This document shows, one piece after another, positions 9,384 through 17,164 of a stretch of DNA of 48,669 nt. Below the pieces are notes generated by a model. The model saw only the letters and a list, made by a program, of their open reading frames with translations. It was not told the DNA's origin and did not search any database. The position numbers were made by a program, and so were the translations under genes. The stretch is from positions 1 through 48,669 of the forward strand of contig JANLSG010000125.1 in the NCBI GenBank assembly GCA_031362295.1, given 5' to 3'. The stretch is from Chloroflexota bacterium (GTDB lineage: Bacteria; Chloroflexota; Limnocylindria; Limnocylindrales; CSP1-4). The stretch's first letter is position 1. Every line of letters starts with the position of its first letter.

Positions 9384-9758
9384 ATGACCAGCGAAACGAC
9401 CACCAAGGTCACGTCTACCAGGAGCGCCGCGAACGGCGGCAGTCGCGGGGCCCAGGACATGCTCCAGAGCGCCATGACCGAGGTCCGCGGTGCCGTTGAC
9501 GGCGTCCGCAAGACCGTCCCGGAGGTCGCGCGCGCGTCGCGCGGGGCGTTCGACGAGATGGTCAAGGCCATGGAGACCGGTTCCGATGACCGAACGCAGG
9601 CCGGCGTCACGCTGTCCCTGGGTCTCGCCGTCGGGATGCTCCTCGGCGGCGCGCCGCGGCTCCTCGTCCTGATCGCGCTCGCACCGGTGGCCGCGATGGC
9701 GCTGGTGCTCGGCGACCGCCGCGCGCGTCGCGCCCGCACCACCACCGCCGCCGTCTAG
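9384..9758 (+). CDS. Hypothetical C-terminally membrane-anchored protein
   Basis: AGGAGG lies upstream of the ATG. A hydrophilic helical N-terminal half is followed by two hydrophobic segments and an Arg-rich tail. Confidence 0.6.
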   Translation: MTSETTTKVTSTRSAANGGSRGAQDMLQSAMTEVRGAVDGVRKTVPEVARASRGAFDEMVKAMETGSDDRTQAGVTLSLGLAVGMLLGGAPRLLVLIALAPVAAMALVLGDRRARRARTTTAAV

Positions 9759-9902
9759 CGAGCGTGCTCCGTCAGGCGATTGCCGTGAGGCGATTGCAAT
9801 GACAAGGGCGGTCGGCGTTGTCGAGAACGGCAATGCCGCCGGGCACATTGATCACAGGTCCCAACGGACCGCAACCAACCAGTAGGGATGGAGGTCTCTT
9901 TC

Positions 9903-10184
9903 ATGAGCATCATTGCGTGGATCGTGCTTGGCGCGATCGCCGGCTACCTGGCCGGCTTCCTCGTCAAGGGTGACGAGAGCATGGGCGTCATCGGGCACAT
10001 CGTGCTCGGCATCGTCGGCGCCCTCGTTGGCGGCTTTTTGGCCAGCGTTCTGTTCAACACGAAGCCGATCGACGGCGTGCTCGATATCAGCTCGATCGTG
10101 ACCGCCACGATCGGTGCCGTCATCGCCGTCGTCGGCTGGAACGCCCTCACGGGCCGCACGCGAGCCGGCCGCGGCGTGGTCTAA
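9903..10184 (+). CDS. GlsB/YeaQ/YmgE-family stress-response membrane protein (transglycosylase-associated)
   Basis: MSIIAWIVLGAIAGYLAGFLV ... GHIVLGIVGALVGGFLA is the characteristic Gly-zipper TM repeat. GGATGGAGG lies upstream of the start. Confidence 0.85.
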   Translation: MSIIAWIVLGAIAGYLAGFLVKGDESMGVIGHIVLGIVGALVGGFLASVLFNTKPIDGVLDISSIVTATIGAVIAVVGWNALTGRTRAGRGVV

Positions 10185-10206
10185 CCTCCCCGCCGCTCCA
10201 ACCTGG

Positions 10207-10242
10207 GACGCCCACCGAATTCGGTGGGCGTCTCTTCTTGTG
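10207..10242 (+). terminator. Rho-independent terminator
   Basis: A perfect 11-bp stem GACGCCCACCG / CGGTGGGCGTC has an AATT loop and is followed by TCTTCTTGTG. Confidence 0.7.
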
Positions 10243-10257
10243 TCCGCCGCGGGGCGC

Positions 10258-12558
10258 CTAGACCCGGATGACCAGCTCCAGCGGGCCGTCGCGGCGCAGG
10301 ACCTCGGCGCTGGTCGTGTTCCCGCGCCAGCGATGGAACAGGAGGTCCACGGTCCGCTCGCCGACGCGGAGCTCGTGCACCGTGACCTTCCCCAGCCAGG
10401 CCGGCAGGTGGGGACGGTCCAGCTCCAGCAGGCCGTTCGCCGCGTCGGCATGCATGCCAAGCATCGTCTGCAGCAGCGACAGCGGTGTCGCCGCCGACCA
10501 GGCGTGCGGCGAGCAGGCGACCGGGTAGGGGACGGGCATGTCAGCGACGGCCCGATCGAAGCCGCAGAACAGCTCCGGGAGTCGGAAGTCCGGCGAGTGC
10601 CGTGCGGCCTCGAAGATGCGCGACGCGACCCGGTCGGCGGCGTCGTGCCGGCCGACCCGCTTCATGCCTGCCGCGATGAGCGCGTTGTCGTGCGGCCACA
10701 CGGACCCGGTGTGGTACCCGACCGGGTTGTAGCCCGGCTGGCCGGTGGCGTAGGTCCGGATGCCCCAGCCACAGTCCATCGACGGATCGAGCAGCCGGTC
10801 GACGACTGCATCGACGCGCTCCGGCGGCACGATGCCGCTCCATAGGCAGTGCCCCGGATTCGAGCTGATCGTCCCGACCTGGCGCTTGTCGCGGTCCAGG
10901 GCGATCGCGTAGAAGTTCGCGTCGGGCATCCAGAACGCCTCGTCGAAGCGTCGCCGCAGCGTCGCGGCCTCGTCGTCCAGGCGCTGCGCGAGGCCATCGT
11001 CTCCAAGCCGACGGGCGAGTGACGCCATTCGGTTCTTGGCGTCGTACACGTAGCCCTGGAGCTCCACGAGGGCGATCGGCGCCACGGCAGGCGTGCCGTC
11101 CCGGTGCCGGATCGCGTCGCCGGAATCCTTCCAACCCTGGTTGAGCAGGCCGGCAGGCGTCCGTCGCTCGTACTCGATGAAGCCGTCGCCGTCGCGGTCG
11201 CCGTACTTGTCGATCCAGGTCAGCGCCGCGAGGGCATTGGGCCAGAGCGATCTGACGAGCTCGAGGTCGCCGGTCCAGCGGTAGGTCTCGTCCAGCAGGA
11301 TCAGCCACAGCGGCGTGGCGTCGATGCTGCCGTAGTACGGGCGATGCGGCAGCTCTCCCGTCCGCGCGAGCTCACCGACACGCAGCTCGTGGAGGATCTT
11401 CCCGGGCTCCATGTCCCGCTCGGGGTCGTCCTCCGTCGCCTGCCAGTCCGCGAGGACAAGCAGCGTCTCTCGCGCGACGTCCGGCATGAATGGCAGGACC
11501 TCCAGCGAGGTGATGATGCTGTCCCGTCCGAACAGGGTCGCGAACCAAGGGACGCCTGCCGCGACGTAGTGCTCGCCGAGCATGGGGCCGTCGTTCCGGA
11601 GCAGGCGCAGGTCGGCGATGCTCCGGCGGATCGCGAGATCCAGCAGCTCGCCGTCCGATCGGATCCGCGCGCACCGATCGTGCCAGCTCCCGTATTCCGC
11701 CTCTGCCGCGGCCGGCTCGGCGATCTCTCGCACGGCCTCGTCATCCGGATGTGCGGACGTGACCGACCGGGCGAGGCGCTCCGGTGTCGCCTCCTTGGGC
11801 CGCGCGTGCTCGGACATCGGCGTCAGATCCGTCGCGACCTCCCAGCGGACGCCGGCCTTTTCGCCCGGCTCCACATCGAGGACCCATCGAACGCGCACGG
11901 AGCCCTCGCCGGCCGGGGCGTCCGGCGCGTTTGTGGAGATGACCTCGCCCGGCGAGAAGGACACCAGGGTGCGGCGTACGAGACCGTCCAGGCCTTCATA
12001 GGCGAATACCAGCGACTCGTCGGTGGCCTCGATGGAGCGGTAGCTGCCACGGCGCTCGCGCACCCTTCCGCGGACCTCGAAGATGTCGGCGGCGTCGGCA
12101 TCGAGGTCGAGATCCAGGATCACCTGCTGCCTCGTGGCGCTGTAGTTGGTCACCTCGATCCGCTCCGCGAGCCCGCCCGCGATCCAGCGCCGGCGCATGA
12201 CCGAGAACGCGCGCATCGCGAGCGCTCCGCCGGCGGTCTGCTTGGTCGCCGGGTCTCGTCGTTGCTCCGGATTGGTGAGCTGGATCGTGCTCAGGTGGCT
12301 CGACGCCGATTGGGCGCGGAGCAACGTCGGGCGCACGCCGTTGATCCGCAGGATCGCGCATGAGAGCACGCGCGTATCCAGGTCGTACAGCCCGAGGCCG
12401 CGTGAATCCGGATGGACGTCGCCGAACGGGTCGGAGAGCAGGTACAGGTTCCCGTGCTTGAGCACGCCGACGCCACCGAGATCGGTCGCCGGCACGATCG
12501 TCGGGTGGGGTGGCGGGAGCTGGACCGGCGCCGACGTCATCGCCACTCCGCGAATCAT
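10258..12558 (-). CDS. Amylo-alpha-1,6-glucosidase / glycogen-debranching-enzyme-type protein (GDE N-terminal + (alpha/alpha)6 catalytic domain)
   Basis: The N-terminus GVLKHGNLYLLSDPFGDVHPDSRGLGLYDLDTRVLS is typical, as are FATLFGRDSIITS and WPHDNALIAAG. The start is ATG 12558 or 12540. The upstream 500 aa of the 1259-aa ORF are antisense to the PBP gene and are rejected. Confidence 0.88.
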   Translation of the reverse strand: MIRGVAMTSAPVQLPPPHPTIVPATDLGGVGVLKHGNLYLLSDPFGDVHPDSRGLGLYDLDTRVLSCAILRINGVRPTLLRAQSASSHLSTIQLTNPEQRRDPATKQTAGGALAMRAFSVMRRRWIAGGLAERIEVTNYSATRQQVILDLDLDADAADIFEVRGRVRERRGSYRSIEATDESLVFAYEGLDGLVRRTLVSFSPGEVISTNAPDAPAGEGSVRVRWVLDVEPGEKAGVRWEVATDLTPMSEHARPKEATPERLARSVTSAHPDDEAVREIAEPAAAEAEYGSWHDRCARIRSDGELLDLAIRRSIADLRLLRNDGPMLGEHYVAAGVPWFATLFGRDSIITSLEVLPFMPDVARETLLVLADWQATEDDPERDMEPGKILHELRVGELARTGELPHRPYYGSIDATPLWLILLDETYRWTGDLELVRSLWPNALAALTWIDKYGDRDGDGFIEYERRTPAGLLNQGWKDSGDAIRHRDGTPAVAPIALVELQGYVYDAKNRMASLARRLGDDGLAQRLDDEAATLRRRFDEAFWMPDANFYAIALDRDKRQVGTISSNPGHCLWSGIVPPERVDAVVDRLLDPSMDCGWGIRTYATGQPGYNPVGYHTGSVWPHDNALIAAGMKRVGRHDAADRVASRIFEAARHSPDFRLPELFCGFDRAVADMPVPYPVACSPHAWSAATPLSLLQTMLGMHADAANGLLELDRPHLPAWLGKVTVHELRVGERTVDLLFHRWRGNTTSAEVLRRDGPLELVIRV

Positions 12559-12681
12559 GCTCCCGCGTCCCGACCCTGTCTTTGCCGCCCAACTGCAACG
12601 GGGCGCGGCCTCCCGCAGGCTGGGCTGCGACGAGCGTCTCCATAGGCTGGGAGTTCCACCAGCAGGGAGCTCCCACGAGCC

Positions 12682-15339
12682 ATGGCTATCGACTCCGCAC
12701 GACGCACCGGCGGCCGTGCAGCCTCGCCGCACTCCGCCCGCCTGCGCGTCGCGCTGCGGACGCGGCGTGCCAACCGTCGCCCGCCCGGCCGTCTGCCGAT
12801 CGGGCGAATTCTGCTGATCGTGACGCTCAGCCTGATCCTGGGCGTCGGTGGCCTGGCGGGGGTCGGCCTCGTGGCCGGCATCGGCTTCGTGAACACGCTG
12901 GCGGCCGGGCTCCCGGACCCCTCGGCACTCGACGACCTCGCATTCAGCCAGCCGACCATCGTCTACGACCGGACGGGCACCGTGGAGCTCGCCCGGTTCG
13001 AGCGCGAGAAGCGGCGGGTGATCGCCTTCGACGACGTTCCCACGCTCATCCTGGATGCGACGACCTCCGCGGAGGATCGGACGTTCTGGACCAACGAGGG
13101 GTACGACCCTGCCGCGATCGCCGCCGCAGCCATCCAGAATGCGTCCGGCGAGGGCGCGGGTGAGCGCGGCGCCTCCACGATCACCCAGCAGCTCGTGCGT
13201 GCTCGCCTGCTGCCCGAAGACGTGCTCAAGGGCAACGACAAGTACCTGCGGAAGGTGCTCGAGGTCATCCAGGCAGGACGTCTGACAGCCGCGTTCCCGG
13301 GCGAGGTGGGCAAGCAGAAGATCCTGACCGCGTACCTCAACGAGATCTATTACGGCCACGAGGCCTACGGAATCGCCGCCGCCGCGCAGATCTACTTCGG
13401 GGTCGCGGACCTCACCGACCTGACGCCGGCCCAGGCGGCCCTCCTCGCTGGTCTGCCGAAGGCCCCGTCCGTTTACGACCCGTACCGCTTCGCTGTCGCT
13501 GATGCGGATGGCAAGCTCGTCGTGCCCGACGACGCCCAGCCCGTGGTCCGCCGCAACTACATCCTCCGGAGCCTCGCCGAGTCGCGCTGGACCCACCTCA
13601 CGCCGGCGGAGCTCACCGCAGCCCTGGCGGAGCCGGTCGTGCTCGTCGGCGAGCAGCCGACCTTCATGCGCGCCCCGCACTTCGCGTGGGCAGTGCGCAC
13701 CCAGCTCGAGGCACTGCTCGGCGGGCTCGACGCCGTCGAGACGGGCGGCTTCCGCGTCATCACGACGCTGGATTGGGACGCCCAGCAGCTCGCCGAGCGC
13801 TACCTCACCGCCGGCGCGATCCTGCCGAACCTGTCGCGCGAGAAGTCCGACGCGGCGATGGACTCGATGAAGCTGTCGAGCGCGGACCGCAAGTGGGTTC
13901 GCGCACTGCGCGGCAAGGACGTCCGCAACGGCGCGCTCGTCGCCATCGACTACCGGCACGGCGATGTCCTCGCGTACGCGGGCAGCGCCGGCTACTACCG
14001 CGACGACCTCGCGACGAAGAAGTTCCAGCCCCAGCACGACGCCGCCGCGGCCGGCAGGCAGTCAGGCTCGGCGTTCAAGGCAATCGTCTACGCGACCGCA
14101 TTCGACCAGCGCGTGCTCACGCCGGGCAGCCTGCTGCTGGACATCTCCACGAATTTCGGTGGCGGCTGGGCGCCGCACAACGCGGACGAGCTGGAGCGCG
14201 GCCCGGTCCTGGTGAGGAATGCCTTCCAGCAATCACTCAACCTCCCGGCCATTCGCGCCCTGGAACGGGTCGGGAACGAGTCAGTCGCGGATGTCGCGGA
14301 AAAGATGGGGATCCGGTTCCTGGGCGGGCGCACCGCCTTCCTCCAGGCCGGGCTCGCCGGCGCGATCGGGACCGTAGAGACTCGTCCGATCGACTTCACG
14401 GCCGCGTTCGGGGTACTCGGCAACGGCGGCGTCCACGTGCCGACGCGAATGATCCTGTCGGTCGTCGGGCCGACTGGCGTCGAGGTCTATCACTCGCCGA
14501 CGCCGGAAGGCACGGCGGCGGTCTCGCCGCAGAGCGCGTTCCTCGTGAGCGATATCCTCGCCGGCAATACGGACCCGCGGCAGAACCGCTTCTGGGCGGC
14601 CACGCTCGCCCTGCGCAACGGCCCGAACGGCGAGCGCCGGCCGGCAGCCGCGAAGACGGGCACCGCCGACGACCGGCGCGACTTCTCGACCTATGGCTAT
14701 GTCGCCCCGCCGGACGATCCCGACGCGCCCGCGATCGCCGCCGGCGTCTGGATGGGCAACAGCGACCACTCCGCTCCGAAGTTCAGCGGCAAGGCGGCTA
14801 CGTCGCTCACGGCGGCAGGCCAGGTCTGGCATGCATTCATGCGCGACTACACGAAGGGCCAGCCGATCGCGAGGTTCAAGGCGCCGAAGAACGTCGTCCA
14901 GGTGTCCATCGACCGGTGGTCCGGCGGCAAGGCCGGCCCGTGGACCCAGGCGACGATCAAGGAATGGTTCATCAAGGGCACGGAGCCGGGTGCCAAGAAC
15001 GCCATCGACGAGCCCGGGCTCCTGTACGCCCGTGGCTGCGACGGGTGGATGGTGGATCCCGTGGGGGCTGAGCTCGGGCCGGATCGGTGGAAAGACGACG
15101 TCGCGGGCTGGCTGGCGCGTGCCCGCCGAGGCAGGGGCGTCATGGGCCCGTATGGCTCCCGGACCGCTTACTGGTTCGGTGCCTCGTCCTGGGGCGGGCC
15201 GCTCCTCGGGCCATGTGAGACCCCGAAGCCAGAGCCTTCGGGCAATGGCAATGGCAATGGCAACGGCAACGGACCGAAGCCCACGGAAACGCCGCCAGCG
15301 CCGCCCGACGCCAATCCGGCACCGGCTCCGGGTGGATAA
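12682..15339 (+). CDS. Class A penicillin-binding protein (GT51 transglycosylase + transpeptidase), PBP1A-like
   Basis: An N-terminal TM anchor is followed by GT51 motifs (EDRTFWTNEGYD, GASTITQQLVR) and transpeptidase motifs (SGSAFK, AAKTGT). The C-terminal extension is Pro-rich. Confidence 0.92.
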   Translation: MAIDSARRTGGRAASPHSARLRVALRTRRANRRPPGRLPIGRILLIVTLSLILGVGGLAGVGLVAGIGFVNTLAAGLPDPSALDDLAFSQPTIVYDRTGTVELARFEREKRRVIAFDDVPTLILDATTSAEDRTFWTNEGYDPAAIAAAAIQNASGEGAGERGASTITQQLVRARLLPEDVLKGNDKYLRKVLEVIQAGRLTAAFPGEVGKQKILTAYLNEIYYGHEAYGIAAAAQIYFGVADLTDLTPAQAALLAGLPKAPSVYDPYRFAVADADGKLVVPDDAQPVVRRNYILRSLAESRWTHLTPAELTAALAEPVVLVGEQPTFMRAPHFAWAVRTQLEALLGGLDAVETGGFRVITTLDWDAQQLAERYLTAGAILPNLSREKSDAAMDSMKLSSADRKWVRALRGKDVRNGALVAIDYRHGDVLAYAGSAGYYRDDLATKKFQPQHDAAAAGRQSGSAFKAIVYATAFDQRVLTPGSLLLDISTNFGGGWAPHNADELERGPVLVRNAFQQSLNLPAIRALERVGNESVADVAEKMGIRFLGGRTAFLQAGLAGAIGTVETRPIDFTAAFGVLGNGGVHVPTRMILSVVGPTGVEVYHSPTPEGTAAVSPQSAFLVSDILAGNTDPRQNRFWAATLALRNGPNGERRPAAAKTGTADDRRDFSTYGYVAPPDDPDAPAIAAGVWMGNSDHSAPKFSGKAATSLTAAGQVWHAFMRDYTKGQPIARFKAPKNVVQVSIDRWSGGKAGPWTQATIKEWFIKGTEPGAKNAIDEPGLLYARGCDGWMVDPVGAELGPDRWKDDVAGWLARARRGRGVMGPYGSRTAYWFGASSWGGPLLGPCETPKPEPSGNGNGNGNGNGPKPTETPPAPPDANPAPAPGG
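15241..15270 (+). repeat. In-frame hexanucleotide microsatellite (GGCAAY)x5 encoding (Gly-Asn)5 in the PBP tail
   Basis: ggcaatggcaatggcaatggcaacggcaac is read directly from the sequence. Confidence 0.9.
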
Positions 15340-15462
15340 CCGGTCGCAGTTGCCGCGAATCGGACGAGCGTCACGCCGCTGCAACGCCCATCCCGTCCCG
15401 CGTTGTGGCATGGGCCGCATCCGACGGCGATCATCAACGCTCACGTACCAGGAGAAACCCCT

Positions 15463-15858
15463 ATGAACGCGTCAAGCCCCATGCACGTCGACAGCGGCGA
15501 TCTGGCCCGCCTCAAGGACCGCTTTCCCGACCTGTCGGCAATCGACCTTCCCAAGCTCGAGAACGTCGGCAGGAATGCCGACCAGACCATCGATCGCCTG
15601 CTCGGCCGCTCGAAGACGCCCGTCTGGGCTTGGTTCGCGACCGGGCTCGGCCTGATCGCGATCATCGGTGCGATCGCGACCTACCTGTGGATGCGCCGCC
15701 CGCTCGTGGACGCCGTCGAGGCGACCCTGGATGGCGATGTGACCACGGAGGGCTTCAACGAGCCGGCCAACGGCCACACCGAGACGACGGCATCCGGCTA
15801 CGGCGAGACGAGCGGCTACGGCCGCGTCGACGTGCCGGTGGGCGCCGACGGCGCCTAG
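15463..15858 (+). CDS. Hypothetical single-pass membrane protein
   Basis: AGGAGAA lies upstream of ATG 15463. There is one central TM (WFATGLGLIAIIGAIATYLW), an acidic tail and a terminator downstream. Confidence 0.6.
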   Translation: MNASSPMHVDSGDLARLKDRFPDLSAIDLPKLENVGRNADQTIDRLLGRSKTPVWAWFATGLGLIAIIGAIATYLWMRRPLVDAVEATLDGDVTTEGFNEPANGHTETTASGYGETSGYGRVDVPVGADGA

Positions 15859-15879
15859 CCTCACTCCTCAACAGCACGC

Positions 15880-15920
15880 GGGCGGTTCGGACGCAAGTCC
15901 GGACCGCCCGTTTCGTTTGT
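15880..15920 (+). terminator. Rho-independent terminator
   Basis: A 12-bp stem GGGCGGTTCGGA / TCCGGACCGCCC (one G-U pair) has a CGCAAG loop and is followed by GTTTCGTTTGT. Confidence 0.7.
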
Positions 15921-16039
15921 CCCCTGTTCTCGTCCGCTGTTACCGAGATGCGAGGGCGCCCGACTCCGCGCTAGTACGCCCGCAGCCAGCGCTCCGCGAT
16001 CGTGTGCCTCCAGAAGCCAATCCAGAGGAGAAACCAGCC

Positions 16040-16192
16040 ATGAGTGGCCACAGCCGGGTCAGCGACGAACTCCCCGCCATTCGGCCGTCGGAGCTTGCAG
16101 TGCTCCTGCGCGGCAGCTCGATGCGATTTCTCGAGAGCGGCCTCGCCATCCTCGCGATCGTGACCGCCGTCCTCCTCGGCCAGGCCCACTGA
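16040..16192 (+). CDS. Small (50 aa) membrane protein, hypothetical
   Basis: GAGGAGAA lies upstream of ATG 16040. There is one C-terminal TM (GLAILAIVTAVLLG). Confidence 0.45.
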   Translation: MSGHSRVSDELPAIRPSELAVLLRGSSMRFLESGLAILAIVTAVLLGQAH

Positions 16193-16230
16193 CACCACGA
16201 ACACCGCTGACTCCAACGGAGGTCAAGTTC

Positions 16231-16452
16231 ATGTACCAGGACCCGAACGAACCCACCACGCCGACGATCGACCCGCCTCAGGATCGCCCCGACGTGGACC
16301 TGCCCGGAGTCGATGACCAGGGTCCCCAGATCGACCCGCAGGAAGACCTGCCGCAACAGCTGGGCGAGCGCATCGGACTGGGGCCTTCGGGAATCGCATC
16401 CGGCGAGCTGGATCTCCTGCCGAACGTCGAGGTCCCGAACGCGCAGATGTGA
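16231..16452 (+). CDS. Small acidic Pro/Asp/Gln-rich protein (73 aa), hypothetical
   Basis: CGGAGG lies upstream of the ATG. The composition looks intrinsically disordered (PTIDPPQDRPDVDLPGVDDQGPQIDPQEDLPQQ). Confidence 0.45.
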   Translation: MYQDPNEPTTPTIDPPQDRPDVDLPGVDDQGPQIDPQEDLPQQLGERIGLGPSGIASGELDLLPNVEVPNAQM

Positions 16453-16549
16453 GCTGCACCGCGTCTGCAATAGCTTCCGGTCGCAGGTGTGGGCTCCCGT
16501 GCACCCATCGAGCGTCAGGCTTGGGGCATCCGCAAGGAGGGAAACAACA

Positions 16550-16975
16550 ATGACAATCGAACGTCGCACCGTGAGCGAGACGGAGACCCCGGTCTACGTC
16601 GATCCGGCTGCCCAGCCGGTGGTCCAATCGCCTGTCCGTACACAGTCGGTCGTCTCCACGACCGAGGTCACGCCCAGCGGGGGCGAGCAGATTCGTCGCG
16701 TGGTCGTGCTGCTCTTCGGGATCGTGCAGATCCTGATCGGCCTTCGCATCGTGCTGCTCCTGCTCAATGCGCGTGAGGGCAACGGCATCGTGTCGTTCAT
16801 CCTCGACCTGAGCCAGCTGTTCGTCGCCCCGTTCATCGGGATCTTCAACAAAGACGCGCTGACCGCGAGCGGCTCGGTCCTCGACATCGCCGCGATCGCG
16901 GCGCTCGTGGGCTGGACCATCCTCGAGCTGATCGTCCTGTGGGCGGTCAACCTGCTCCGCCGGGAGCCCGTCTAG
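16550..16975 (+). CDS. YggT-like membrane protein
   Basis: AAGGAGGGAAA lies upstream of ATG 16550. An N-terminal hydrophilic region is followed by IRRVVVLLFGIVQILIGLRIVLLLLNA ... LFVAPFIGIF ... VLDIAAIAALVGWTILELIV, which is a YggT-type layout. Confidence 0.6.
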   Translation: MTIERRTVSETETPVYVDPAAQPVVQSPVRTQSVVSTTEVTPSGGEQIRRVVVLLFGIVQILIGLRIVLLLLNAREGNGIVSFILDLSQLFVAPFIGIFNKDALTASGSVLDIAAIAALVGWTILELIVLWAVNLLRREPV

Positions 16976-17026
16976 AGCACCCCGCCCGGGCGACCTCGTC
17001 GCCTGGGACTCTCTCCTCTCCTCCAC

Positions 17027-17056
17027 GGCGCGGGCCCTCGGGCTCGCGCCGTTTCC
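17027..17056 (+). terminator. Probable intrinsic terminator between convergent genes
   Basis: A 10-bp stem GGCGCGGGCC / GGCTCGCGCC (one G-U pair) has a CTCG loop and is followed by GTTTCC. Confidence 0.45.
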
Positions 17057-17164
17057 ATGGCGCCGGCCACGTGACGCGCTCGTGAGCGACCCACGAGCGC
17101 CAGCGTGGTCCGGCGCCACCTTCCATTTCGGGACGATATCCCGCTCGGGCACCAGCGAATCGGG

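Noticed and set aside
12559-14037. Several ORFs carry long N-terminal extensions. They are the glucosidase ORF (1259 aa), the isomerase ORF (43641-47873, 1410 aa), the FGGY ORF (42121-44376), the SIMPL ORF (27302-28822), the GT4 ORF (6812-7282) and the BNR ORF (24710-25732).
   Set aside because: The extensions run antisense through, or overlap, well-supported neighbouring genes and have no homology signal. Internal starts with good SD sites coincide with the family-typical N-termini.
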